DNA of 64,000 bases from Haliotis cracherodii (Eukaryota), in NCBI RefSeq assembly GCF_022045235.1, contig NW_027266268.1, positions 40,362,001-40,426,000 on the forward strand. The letters are read 5' to 3'. Position 1 is the first letter of the stretch. Every line of letters begins with the position of its first letter. A program made the translations under genes and the position numbers. The notes beneath the pieces were generated by a model. It searched no databases and was not told the origin of the DNA. It saw only the letters and a program-made list of their open reading frames with translations. Shown piece by piece: positions 22,842 through 36,265 of this stretch.

Positions 22842-25800
22842 CTAGGACTTGGCGGTTTCGTATACCCCGTGTCCGAGGGTACCCTTCCTGGAGATTCCAT
22901 CATGTTCAAAGTGAGCAATCGCTTCGTCACGGTTCCGTGCAGAGCGGAACGTTTGAAGGTGGGGCTGAGCCTGGAACAGAGAACATGAAGGTACGTTAAA
23001 AACATTGATCCAGAGAGGAGTCCAGGGTACGCACACCACCAAAAAATACCCTAACCCCAGCACACCTTTTGAGAATACACACCACCTCACGTCACCCCCA
23101 TCCACTCCACCACACTCTTTAAAGCTTAGAAGGCAAATTGTTTCTTAAATCATATGCTAGCATTTCTGTAGTTTAAGTTGACCCCCCCTTCTCCAACATG
23201 GTGTATTCCCACTTGATAGGGCCCTGCATGGTGGATGGTTTCCTGTCACAGAAGGTGGCTCTTATTTGGTCTTTTGTTTAGTCCATTTCCTCAGGGGATC
23301 ACAGACGTTAGTGTTGGAGTTATGGAGGCTGTTGTTAGGGAAAGGGTGCACGACAGTGAGTTTCTCCAAACTTTCACTGTGCCATATTTTAACACATTAT
23401 TTACTGAAGAATGAGGGAATGTTTATTATGATGTGCAAATATTTGTTCGTTAAAACTAATAATCTTTTTCAATAAGAAAAGCCCTCGATCTGTGTACTTA
23501 CATTCCTGGCAAACCTGGGCATCTGCCAGAGTGGGGCGGGGTCGACAGGGTTCTGGTACGTCTTCAGGAGTGAGGCTCTGGTGCTGTACACTGCTCCTGA
23601 ACGCTGCTTCTGTGGATGGAACAGTCCCATGGGGAATATAACAGGTGGGATACAAATGTCATGTAGCTCACTGAGAAATCAATTTGAACACACCTTAGGT
23701 AACTTGCTCATCTCTCATAAATATATTTGAAATCAACCGATGTTTATCCGTATGTATTGGGTTGTAATGCATCATAGTAGCGTACATATATTCCAGATCT
23801 GTATGAATGAATGTTGGTAATATAAATTTATTCCCACAGGGCATATGTTGTGATGTACCTTTGTGTGAGCTTATGCCGGCTCGGGGTACACAGACTCACA
23901 CTCAGGGTATATCACAGTAGATACCCCAGGAGATCGGTAGACAACATATATTGTAACACTGTTATAATGTCTGACAAAGCAGATCCTAGTCCCTCTTCAG
24001 CAGCATTGTCACAAGACCAGCTTCACCTGGACACACAGTCTGGCGTTATCTCTTTGTCGTTGTGTGCCTAGAATATTTCAGCTGCTGTATATCACAGATG
24101 CCTGTAAATACTGATTAATCAAGTCTGGTCTAGGGAAACCAGAGGCTGATATTATGAGCATCTTCCCATGTAGCTGGGGTACATATTTATAAAAAATTCC
24201 TTCCATTCATAACTTCAGCTGATAATATTCCATATACATCAGAACAAAAATCTACAGAAAATCATGTGAAAAACATGTAGCTTTTGTGCTGAAAAGTTTC
24301 AACAAACACATTATTTACTGTCCTAGTTGTGACTCTGGTGACATTGTGTCTGATAATGGACACGACCTCATCAATGAAAGTGACCCATCGAAGGACGAAA
24401 GGAATTGTCAACAACAGTGCACATACTCACTTCCTGTTTAACAGTGTCTAGATCTCGTCATCTCCATCATATCGGACATTGTTATTACTGATGACTACAG
24501 ATATCAGCTACGACATTCAGTGATAGAAACTAACACTTTTAGTCCACTATCCCTTATAATGATTAAAAATAGCAAAATCCATCCAAGGACAAATTTCTAC
24601 TAGTCCTCATGATACCTTAACTATTAGGTAGTTTGACAAGGACTATAGGACTAGTGCCAATTTCTAACGCTGAACATTGTTATAACTGATGATTACAGAT
24701 ATCAACTACGACAAGGTTAACATGTTAGTCTAAACTAAAATAAGTATCATGAAAGTACTCATTGTTAGTGCAACTATGTTTATGAATTAGAAAATTATAT
24801 TTCAGCAGGATTTGATAGAAAAGGAAGGTTATTTCTAGCAGAATGTGATGCATAAAATGATGTCAAATTGTAATATATTGTACCAATGTCCAGTTGATGT
24901 ATTCAGCTTCATTTTATTCTTTCAATGGTATTTAGTCTGCCTGTATCAGGCTTAAAACCACCCATAGTTATAGCAACTCTGCATATATGATAGACCCCGG
25001 TACCGCTGACAAGCCCATCAGTATATTTCTGAGAGTTTACATCATGTTATGTTGCCATGGGAATACTACCCAAAAGTCAGCATCCTGTGAAGCATGCACG
25101 TTTTCATTCTACAGACATTTGTCTTTTTTATCACAAAACAATTAAACCCAACAGGCAATTTTTGAAAACTTTGGCCAAAGATAACGACTAATCTGAAAGT
25201 CTGATACATGTGAGGTGAGAGACATCCTTACTCTGAAGAGGAAGATGTGTTTGCCTGTCATAAATAGCCCGAAGTGTTGAGTGAGAAGAGGGATAACTGT
25301 GAACATGAGGAAGGGAGATAACTCTAGTGCACAATAATTAATTTCGAATGTAAGATGTATCTATCTACTCAGACAGCAAGTATATCTACTTTGTCCGGGT
25401 GGTCATACAGGGTGGACACAGGTGTGTGTCAGACTGACCAGTGCAAGCTATAAGCCACTATACACAGATATTTACTAGTGAGCGAGTGACTATTGTTTAG
25501 AATGCTGCTTCAGCGGTTTGTTCCTATACTACGACTGCTGGTACAATTGTTAGCTTTGCATACAAAGTGAATTTTAAGATATCTATATTTGATAAGCTCT
25601 GAAGCATAACTGACTGCAGGCTTCAATGAATGATCTAACTAAAACATGTGCAGAGAGCATGCACAGAGAGCATGCACAGCTACAGGTACTACACTATACA
25701 AGGAAGTAAGACATAGCTTTAAGACAACTTACACATAGAGGCGGGGCAGTGCGACTTCTCCTCTGATTGATAAAATCAATGCTTTATTGTAGATGTGCAG

Positions 25801-28800
25801 AATAGCATTGATATGTCAGAATGACAGTGTAATACATTATCCTGTGTTCCTTGAAACCCAGAGTGGAAATATTTTCCTTATTCATGTAACAGTTGTGTCA
25901 GATGGAATATATATTCAAAGACAGTCAAATAAAGAGGAGTATGTCCCGAAAAAAACCTTATCAAAAACAACCTTGAATGATTCTAGATGGTTCATCTCAC
26001 TCATAGAAACAAGTGGAACACAGAAATATATCATGCTTACTTTCAGTTAGACAAATGAAACTTGATGGATTAAGTCCTGGATCACATGGTGAACACAAAC
26101 AAATCTACACGTCTCCAAACTCCCAACGCCTGTAATCTTCATGACATCACTTCAAACGGAATAAACATTTGAATCCGAAAAGCAATGAGAGCATCTCACA
26201 ATCTAACTTGACACACACAGAACCTCCCCACACCAGGCCAGCCATGAGGGACTTAGTGTATTCACTGGCCTACAGGTTTAACACATACAGAACTTCCCCA
26301 CACCAGGCCAGCCATGGGGGACTGTAGTGTATTCACTGGCCTACAGGTTTAACACACACAGATCCTCCCCACACCAGGCCAGCCACGAGGGACTTAGTGT
26401 ATTCACTGGCCTACAGGTTTAACACATACAGAACCTCCCATTCCAAGGCCAGCCATGAGGGACTGGAGAGTTTTCACTGGCCTACAGGTTTGACACATAC
26501 AGAACCTCCCATTCCAAGGCCAGCCATGAGGGACTTAGTGTATTCACTGGCCTACAGGTTTAACACACAGCACCTCCCCTTCCAAGGCCAGCCATGAGTG
26601 AATGTAGAGTATTCACTGGCCTACAGGTTTAACACACAGCACCTCTCCACACCAGGCCAGCCATGAGGGACTTAGTGTATTCACTGGCCTACAGATTTAA
26701 CACACAGAACCTCCCCTTCCAAGGCCAGCCATGAGTGAATGTAGAGTATTCACTGGCCTACAGGTTTAACACACAGCACCTCCCCACACCAGGCCAGCCA
26801 TGAGGGACTTAGTGTATTCACTGGCCTACAGATTTAACACACAGAACCTCCCCTTCCAAGGCCAGCCATGAGTGAATGTAGAGTATTCACTGGCCTACAG
26901 GTTTAACACACAGCACCTCCCTACACCAGGCTGTAGCTCACCTTAGTGTCCTCCTGCTTCTTGGCTAGCTCCTGCTGGCGGCGCTGTTGCTGCCACCGAT
27001 CCTGGTACTTGTGCTCCAACAGGTCAAAGATGGGTGTTGACGGTCTGAGGGGGACAAGATGGGGTAGCAAATTAGATTTTATTGGGTATATAGACCGTAT
27101 GACTATAACACATCCATCATTCAAGTGAGTGAGATAAACTTAACTGTTCCGTTGATTAGTAACAAGTTATTTTTAGTGGTATTCACTCACTCCTTTTTAG
27201 GGGTATGCATGTGCACTCTTCTGCGTGGAGTTATCTTTTCTTGTGGTCACGTGCAAAATGGTCTCCGAGCAGGCCATGTTTTTGGGTTCTCTTAGGCGAT
27301 AAACCTCGCAACCCGTAGGCAATCATAGTGTGAGTAATGTCATTACTGTACTACCACTGTGCATATGCTCTTGTCAAATCGGACTTCTCATTCACCATTG
27401 TGTATTATCGTCATGTTGTTCGGTAATCTATGTATAGACTCTCACGTCTCGACATTCCGTTTCACGTGCATATGCAATATGGAATATAGACATTGTAGTT
27501 ATTGGCTGTTTTGTTTGTTTCAGCCATTTACCCTGTACAAGGGTCAAGAACACAAAATACAACCAAAGTTAAGCCAGTAACTCGAGTTTATCGTTTCTTT
27601 GAGCTCCTGACCAGGGGTTATCTAAACCGCCAGATCCCCTCCAGGGGGGAGACGGAACATTAACACCACTTTGAACAGCTTAATACAGGAGACATGTGAA
27701 ACTAACAAGCAGTGTTTGAATATAGGCACCACTTATTTTTCAACACTTAAATTATAATAATGATGAGGGCCCTTTAACTTTCATGCATCATATTGTGCAC
27801 TGCACAAGTATTGGTCTGATGCCAACAGTTCCATTTGAACCCACAAGAATAAGATCCTGGTATAACCAAGAGAGGCAACTCTGTTGAGATGGCAGCTTAT
27901 TACAGAAACCACCTCAGTGTCATCAAAACTCCTACCTTGTAGAGATGCCGAACACCATGGTTGGGGGGATTCGTCGGAACCGCGTCCTTTTCTTCTCCTC
28001 CCCCGAAGCACGCCGCCTCACATCATGAGTAGCTCGGAACTCGTAGTGTTCTGGTGCTGTGACTAGCCCCGCCTGTACTGCAGCACGGTTCAAGGACATG
28101 AAGTCTCTCTCTGCCTTCTTCTCCTGATGGTGGAAGGGCAGGGATGAGGTGGTGCCACTCCATCCACGCAGAGCTGTTGCCATAGAAACAGGTCATGCAT
28201 TACAAAAAAAAAATGGCATTTGAATTTCCATTGATAATCACTGTGGTTGTGCTTTTTGGATAACATTAGAATGTCAAGAAACTTTGATTCTTCATAATCT
28301 GTTGGGGTATAATCAACTGAAGATATCCATTATTTGCATAGAATTAGCAAAGAAACATTTTTTTGTGTGTAAAATATCAAAATTGATTTAAAATAAATCT
28401 GTTACCATCTGTCCTTTACAATTAGGATTCTAAGGGGACGGATTGGGAGGACGAAGCCCCTGATTTGTTCAACACTGCTGATATTCTTGCATCAGTTATT
28501 CGTCCTTAGAAAGAGGCATATACGTGTGATCTGATTCCCTGGTGTCACTGTGTTTCTCACCATCGCCAGCGCTGTTGTCACGTCTTTCATTTGGCCGACC
28601 AAAGGTGAAACCATCTGCAGAGAGGTAGCCACGCCTCTTGGGTCTGCCCAGCTGGTCCTGGGAATAAAATAGATGATCCATAAAATACAAAATCATAACA
28701 GATATAGATCAAGGAGTAGATGCAGGGGTAAACATTTGACCTATATATCTCTATCAGGTATAAGTCAGGGTACACATGCAATATACAGGACACCTATCCA

Positions 28801-30331
28801 AAATGTTAATTTGATTCTACTATTAAAGCCGCACACAACAGCATCACTATTTGAAAAAATAGGGTGATAAAGCTCAAAATAAGCAGGAAAAACATCCCTA
28901 CTTGCATTTGTATCAAAGCGATGCATAAATATCGAAAACTGGACATCAACATTGAAAAAGTACTTGAAAATAGAAGTTCCGTAATGGCGTGTGAACACGT
29001 ATTTTGTATCTACTTTTTAATTAAACATTTCATTACTTATGAAAGCATTTCATTACAGCCATTGAGTGTGGGGGGGAAGCCCCCAAACCCCCTGTTATTT
29101 TAGCGAGGCGACAAAAATGGCGACTAAAAAACTTAGAAACTGTTACTAAGGAATGAGCTTGTGCACATCCCTTGACAAAATGGTGGAAGGTGTCCGGCAT
29201 ACTGCATTCTTGCAGTTACTTTTGTTATTTCTGGGGTTATTTTGCGCATATTCTTCTGTGACTCTATCCACTGGTCCAAAGCCAGAGTCTAGTGAAGAAA
29301 TGCCTATCAAACAATTACCGGTAGTACAATTTTGTTCATTATAGTAAGTTCATCAACAGTCTATATAATAACACTAAAAGAATGACTTTTAAGTTTGAGC
29401 TATTATGTCTGTTGGAAATTTTAAACCTTCACATTAAATGATCACATGTAGGCCTAGTCAGTTTGCCCATTGTTTTGCAATGTAACTCACAAAGCTGTAC
29501 AGCGATAGAAATTGGCACTAGTCCTATAGTCCTTGCCAAACAGCTCAATATTTAAGGTATCATAAGGACTAGTAGAAATTTGCCATTTTTAAGGGTTCTG
29601 CTATATGCTATCATTATGAGGACTATGTATCATGGTGGGATTATTACTTATGACAATAAGTTTTCACACTATCACGGTAATCTGGTCACACAAAAAGAAT
29701 GTGTTCTGTTCTGACAGAACACCATTCTTGGTTATCCATTGTATTATGTCTCTATTGAATTATTCTTATTTTATCTATGATTCAACACACTGTACCCAGT
29801 GCAGAATCTGCTCGCGACACAATAGTGTCATAAATATAGATATATCTCAAGAGAAAATATTTAGTATCAGAAAATGCTTAGAGCTAGGCTAGTTGTGTGA
29901 CTCTATCCTTAGCCCTTGGATGCTTGAATAAAAATGTGAGTATGTGAGTTTTGACAGTCGTAAAGCTACGCTCTCTTTGTGAAAGGACACGGGTCTCGGG
30001 AACAATTAAATAGGCCTAATTTAGCTGAATAGGCTTAAAGTTAGGAGTTAGTATAACAGTTTGGTGAATCGGACTATTTATTTTGATAACATTGATGGCT
30101 GTTTTGTGTTTTATTTTATAAAACCGGCCAACTGTACTACAATAAATTGTGACATTATTTTGATACATTCAACATCAGCAACAAGATCGATCAACACGCC
30201 AAACATGGCACTGTGTGGTTGCTACGTAAACTTACCCTCAGCAGAAGTTCGTTATTAAGCATGGTATCCCGCTGGATGCCCAGGTCACCGGTCGCCGTGT
30301 AGGTGTAGGGGGTATCGAAGGACGCTGCCAT
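22842..30331 (-). CDS. CFAP77: Cilia- and flagella-associated protein 77 (DUF4483), 256 aa, 6 coding exons
   Basis: Exons 30331-30236, 28657-28561, 28173-27936, 27044-26942, 23609-23502, 22970-22842; GT-AG and phases consistent. Motifs RDFMSLNRAAVQAGLVTA, FGISTRPSTPIFDLLEHKY, LWQMPRF, PHLQTF and RKGTLGHGVY match CFAP77 as I recall it. Confidence 0.92.
26209..26932. repeat. ~70-bp minisatellite starting at the CFAP77 exon-4 donor
   Basis: About 10 units aacctccccacaccaggccagccatgagggacttagtgtattcactggcctacaggtttaacacacag adjoining the donor at 26941/26942. Confidence 0.95.
28176..28189. promoter_or_regulatory. RFX X-box motif in CFAP77 intron 2
   Basis: GTTGCCATAGAAAC matches the X-box consensus and overlaps the exon-3 acceptor region of a ciliary gene. 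Confidence 0.45.
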
Positions 30332-30846
30332 AGTTCTGGGTATGAAAGGCGACTATGTGAAAAGCACGTATCCTCTTGAATGTCACCGAGATGGCCGTAT
30401 CTGCGTTAAACCTACTTGTGTATGAATAATGGCGTCCGTAACTATGGTTGCGACCTCTGACCCATAACAAAAGTCACCTAGCGGGCGATATATCCAAGGG
30501 GGCGCAACTCCGCCGATACAGTCAAAAGCTGTGGAGACCCAAGTTCAAAATCGTGACATACCCTTTACATACGCATGTACAACTTTAACCAGTCCTAACG
30601 CCTTTCTGTTGTTTAGTTATATAAATTCTACTTGATATAATCAGGTATTTGAAAGGCATTTAGAAGTGATTCACATAAGGAAGAGAATATATGGATGTCA
30701 ACTTCTTTATTATGAGGAACACAAGGTTTCGGAGTATATGCTTTCTCCTTCATTCGCGTGATTCTATTCCTTACTTGATATAACTTACCACACGTATGCA
30801 TTTCTATTAGATCATTTGTTTATATCATATTTTTTCTAACGAGATA

Positions 30847-31012
30847 GGGGCGGTCGGGTAGCCTAGTGGTTAAAGCGTTCGCTCGTCACGCCGAAGGCCC
30901 GGATTCGATTCCCGACATGGGTACAATCTGTGAAGCTATTTCCGGTGTCCCCCGCCGTGATATATTGCTGGAATATTGCTAAAAGCGGCGTAAAACCATA
31001 CTCACTCACTCA
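30847..31012 (+). mobile_element. tRNA-derived SINE family A, full copy with TSD
   Basis: A-box (tagcctagtgg) and B-box-like (gattcgattccc) head, tail ctggaatattgctaaaagcggcgtaaaaccat(actc)n; TSD ttct(a/t)acgagata on both sides. Confidence 0.9.
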
Positions 31013-31184
31013 TTCTTACGAGATAATTCCGTAATTTAAAAAGGAAATAGCTCGTCATTTGGTATTGGATTTTATAATGTACACACTAAACGAGCAAGAT
31101 GTCTCATTTTCACCGAATTCAGCCGCTCTAAGTACAGTGTAACCTCATTTGTCCTGAAACTTGCTATGCTGGTGACTGCTACTG

Positions 31185-31341
31185 CGGTCTGTACATTTTC
31201 GAGTCTGGACCAGACAATCCACTGATTGACACCATGAGCATCGATCCACGCAACTCGGATACCATGATATGCATCAACCAAGTCAGCGAGCCTGACCACC
31301 CGATCCCGTTATAGTCGCCTCTTACCACAAGCATAGTCGGC
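31185..31341 (-). mobile_element. SINE-like family B fragment
   Basis: gagtctggaccagacaatcc..gtcagcgagcctgaccacccgatcccgtt. Confidence 0.8.
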
Positions 31342-33209
31342 TTGAACTGTAGACACATAGAGGAACATTATTATGTGCCCATGATTTGTCGAATTGGAAA
31401 ATGTGTAAATCCGGACGATTTCACTGGCAATATACCGACTGACAGGTTTCTGACAAGTGTCCAGGTTATTTCCACAACACACGGACGCCTTCTGAAAGTG
31501 TTACATCCATGTGTTGTGTCCAGAAGTCGGACAATTGGGTTTAGAGTGCACGGTGATTCCTTATTCCAATGTTGTTGGGTTTTTTTTTTAAAGTATCCTT
31601 CATTTCCTATTTATTTCAACAGTTTGTCTGTATACTGAGTAATTTGTACAATCAAGGAATTCATTTCAACACGGACAATAACAAAAGCATGAGATTTGCT
31701 CAGATAGGTTTACTCTGTATTAATCAACATTGAGGTTATTACAGTTATGTCCGAGTCTTGTGTGTAGCATATGATAACTGCTCTTTCAGCACAGTCGAAG
31801 TAATCAGGAACATTGGCTGATTTGAATGTCAATATTTTTAACGAAATAAACTTCTATGATGCACCAAAGGGCTTACGGACGATAATCGTTATAGTATATA
31901 TATATGTATGCGACACTCAATAAAAAATTCAATATTTTTATCTTTATTTATGATACCATACAGCGACGAGTCGAAAACTAGGTGCTTTTCAGCGTGAAAA
32001 AGACATTAATTCACACTAGCGTACTTTTGTATCATATTTATCTGTTTATTACTTTTCGTTTACAGGGCAAAATATTGGACTTGAAATGTAGGTATGGTTC
32101 ACTCTAGGACTCCTGGATGGTTCCATTGTTTCCATCTATCTTTATATCCAGAAAAGCTTTGGCAGAAGGGATTGTGCCGAGTGTCAATATATACCGTTCA
32201 GTGTTTGTCCTCAAGCAGTCTAACATAAATGATTGTGCACGTATTTTGAACTGGGCGTAAGTTACAACATGAGTAGGTTTTGTTACAAGAGTATAGCTTC
32301 AACTATGTCTGCATTGCTGAGGAAGGATTTGTTCAAATATCAAGTTACAGTGCATTTGATGCATAACTAGTGAGGCACCATCTACAGTTGGGTACTTTTA
32401 ACGGTGATATAAACCAACTTAGAGAACAACGTAGTCCAGCATAATGCGACTACATTGATTTTTTTCAAACATCAGAACAATGCTGCTGCCTGGATGCAGC
32501 TAGATGTTGATGCCCAGCAATACTACTTTCTTGCAGACAGATTTGTCAAAACAAGATAATATATACTCCAAAAGATGTTTGACACAAACTAAGAGCATGA
32601 CGTCACGTTAGACTGACACTATATAACACTTAATACAGTATACACTCCGTGTGATATTATCCTGTCCGTACCATTTTGGAAGAGAGAAATGAGAGTGCTC
32701 GCCAAAGACATTCATGTTAACTGTACCATTCTATACTGAAGACGTGAAAATCAACAAACTCAAGTCTGCTTGCATGTCAGTGACAGCTTCGAACGATCGA
32801 AGGGCAAGGTCACCATCGGAATAAGAAAAGACAACCGTGATCTACTCACAGCGTTTTACGCTAGAGATAGGGAATGTTATTGTTCACATTTGGGATATTT
32901 TGGGCCACATAAACAGAAGTCAGGCACACTTCTATGGAGTTTTCGAATGATTTGTATCGGAAATGTTCCGGTCGTGCAGTCGCGAACAAATAACTCCCGA
33001 AATAGTGCCACAAAATACTCTTCGAAGGGGACAACCGGATCATCCCAAGTAAGTCTAGACATCTGTCCAGAAAGTTTAAACAGACTTCATTTCACCACGC
33101 TTATCCTTTTACGTTAAATCAAATTGAAAGTTGCGAAAGTGGTCGGGGGCGTCACCGATCTATTGATCGGTAGTCGTAAATTGTAAATGGATATAGCTCG
33201 ATTAAAGAA

Positions 33210-33482
33210 TGAGTGAGATGGGTTTAACGCCGCTTTTAACAGTATTCCAGTTATATCGCGGCGTGTCAGCTTAATGTGGGAGGAAAGCCCGAAGTGATGC
33301 AGTTCTCAGACGTTTACCTCTTTGGTGAAACCCACGAGCACGGGTATAGTGCTGAAAACCTAGTAACATAATTGGGGCGAACCGGGATTCGAACCAACAA
33401 TCATAGGATTCTGGCGTGCCCAAGGGACGCAACTCTGCACAGCGAATCGCGGCGTCTTAGACGACTTGGCCACCCGTGCCCC
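33210..33482 (-). mobile_element. SINE family C, full copy with TSD
   Basis: Reverse complement of the 18515 element; 13-bp TSD ctcgattaaagaa at 33197-33209 and 33483-33495. Confidence 0.9.
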
Positions 33483-34238
33483 CTCGATTAAAGAAGCTCT
33501 ATGCATAACTCATATATAATGCAAACCGAATTTGATTTATGACTATCTTGTTTGGTTTAATAAAGTGTGTGCAAATGTCTCTCGCTGTCATTAGATTCCT
33601 TCAGTTCTGCCTTGTAGTTACAAACGTGAATGACTTCTCGTGAATTTTAATGAATAAAAAAAGTAGTCCCGGTGTGACAGGGGTCACAGTTATCCAATCA
33701 AAACGAATAAAACAAGGTCATCCTTGTACGACACACGTGTGACGTACGGATTTAGTATCTTGCCACCTGTATACACACGTGGGTAATATATAGAGAATCT
33801 CAACCGATTGTCTTTTGATACCAATTATAGCTGAAAAAGTGGAAAAACCTTTTTTCAACTTTTACCAACGAGTGTTGATATATTTGATATCAAAAGACAC
33901 GAGGGCGAGATTTTATTTATCATCTAACATCATTCTTCCAACTTCAGTTTGTAGACAGTAATAAGCAGTGTCTTAAAGTGTAAACAGTACTGCTAACAGC
34001 TTCAGTGGCAGAGCCATTATTGATGTCATTTGATAGTGACGTCTTGGTAACCAGTGACGTCACAATGGTCTACAAAGCAATGTGATGCAATTTCATTGCA
34101 GTGATATCTACAATGCAGATATCTCCTGTAGGAGCCAGTTTTGGATGATAAACAACTACAACAGTACACGTTATGAGGAAACAGAAAAAAACACTGTATA
34201 AATATATTCTACCATGATTTAATTGACCTCCTAATATA

Positions 34239-34335
34239 TACTACTCAAAAGAAGTTACAGAACGCACGGTTCTTCTATATTACTGTAATCCATGTCATGA
34301 CTGATTAGCTATAGTGGATTAACTTTTGAGTAGTA
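34239..34335. mobile_element. Tc1-type MITE (~97 bp)
   Basis: TIRs tactactcaaaag / cttttgagtagta with TA flanks. Confidence 0.75.
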
Positions 34336-34439
34336 TAACTGCAACAAATCCGGGCCTAACCATTCAGCAGATGTCAGGGCATATTTATTTCTTAAACAGT
34401 ACACACGAAAAACGCCACTGCCGCAGCCAATGTTATCTG

Positions 34440-36265
34440 ATGATGTAGGTTATTATGTAATCTCCATGGCAACCGAGTGTTTGATGAAGCAGGTGTCCAT
34501 GTAATATCCATGACAACCAAGTGTTTGATGAAGCAGGTTTGTATGTTGTATCCATGACAACCAAGTGTTTGACGAAGCAGGTGTACATGTAATATCCATG
34601 ACGACCGGGTGTTTGATGAAGTAGGTTTGTATGTTGTATCCATGACAACCAAGTGTTTGATGAAGCAGGTGTCCATGTAATATCCATGACAACCAAGTGT
34701 TTGATGAAGCAGGTGTCCATGTAATATCCGTGACAACCAAGTGTTTGATGAAGCAGGTGTACATGTAATATCCATGACAACCAAGTGTTTGATGAAGCAG
34801 GTTTGTATGTTGTATCCATGACAACCAAGTGTTTGATGAAGCAGGTGTACATGTAATATCCATGACAACCGGGTGTTTGATGAAGCAGGTTTGTATGTTG
34901 TATCCATGACAACCAAGTGTTTGATAAAGCAGATGTACATGTAACATCAATGGCAACCAAGTGTTTGATGAAGCAGGTTTGTATGTTGTATCCGTGACAA
35001 CCAAGTGTTTGATGAAGCAGGTGTCCATGTAATATCCATGACAACCAAGTGTTTGATGAAGCAGGTGTACATGTAATATCCATGACAACCAAGTGTTTGA
35101 TGAAGCAGGTGTCCATGTTATATCCTTGACAACCAAGTGTTTGATGAAGCAGGTGTCCATGTAATATCCATGACAACCAAGTGTTTGATGAAGCAGGTGT
35201 ACATGAAATATCCATGACAACCAAGTGTTTGATGAAGCAGGTGTCCATGTAATATCCATGACAACCAAGTGTTTGATGAAGCAGGTGTACATGAAATATC
35301 CATGACAACCAAGTGTTTGATGAAGCAGGTTTGTATGTTGTATCCATGACAACCAAGTGTTTGATGAAGCAGGTTTGTATGTTGTATCCTTGACAACCAA
35401 GTGTTTGATGAAGCAGGTGTACATGTAATATCCATGACAACCAAGTGTTTGATGAAGCAGGTTTGTATGTTGTATCCATGACAACCAAGTGTTTGATGAA
35501 GCAGGTGTACATGAAATATCCATGACAACCAAGTGTTTGATGAAGCAGGTGTTCATGTTATATCTTTGACAACCAAGTGTTTGATGAAGCAGGTGTCCAT
35601 GTAATATCCATGACAACCAAGTGTTTGATGAAGCAGGTGTACATGTTATATCCTTGACAACCAAGTGTTTGATGAAGCAGGTGTACATGTTATATCCTTG
35701 ACAACCAAGTGTTTGATGAAGCAGGTGTCCATGTAATATCCATGACAACCAAGTGTTTGATGAAGCAGGTGTCCATGTTATATCTTTGACAACCAAGTGT
35801 TTGATGAAGCAGGTGTCCATGTAATATCCATGACAACCAAGTGTTTGATGAAGCAGGTGTCCATGTAATATCCATGACAACCAAGTGTTTGATGAAGCAG
35901 GTGTACATGTTATATCCTTGACAACCAAGTGTTTGATGAAGCAGGTGTACATGTTATATCCTTGACAACCAAGTGTTTGATGAAGCAGGTGTCCATGTAA
36001 TATCCATGACAACCAAGTGTTTGATGAAGCAGGTGTCCATGTTATATCTTTGACAACCAAGTGTTTGATGAAGCAGGTGTCCATGTAATATCCATGACAA
36101 CCAAGTGTTTGATGAAGCAGGTGTCCATGTAATATCCATGACAACCAAGTGTTTGATGAAGCAGGTGTACATGTTATATCCTTGACAACCTATGGTATTA
36201 AATAGTTTACATGTACATGTAATCTGCATGACAACCAATATGTAAATATCCATGACAACCATGCA
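34440..36265. repeat. 44-bp minisatellite, about 40 copies, most units carrying an RFX X-box-like motif
   Basis: Unit gtgtttgatgaagcaggtgtccatgtaatatccatgacaaccaa; contains (A/G)TATCCATGACAAC; first unit has ATCTCCATGGCAAC (34460-34473). Confidence 0.95.

Noticed and set aside
30847-30920. tRNA gene (also at 18515, 39109, 40880, 52781)
   Set aside because: The A/B boxes continue into a shared SINE body and tail with TSDs and lack a proper acceptor stem; these are SINE heads.
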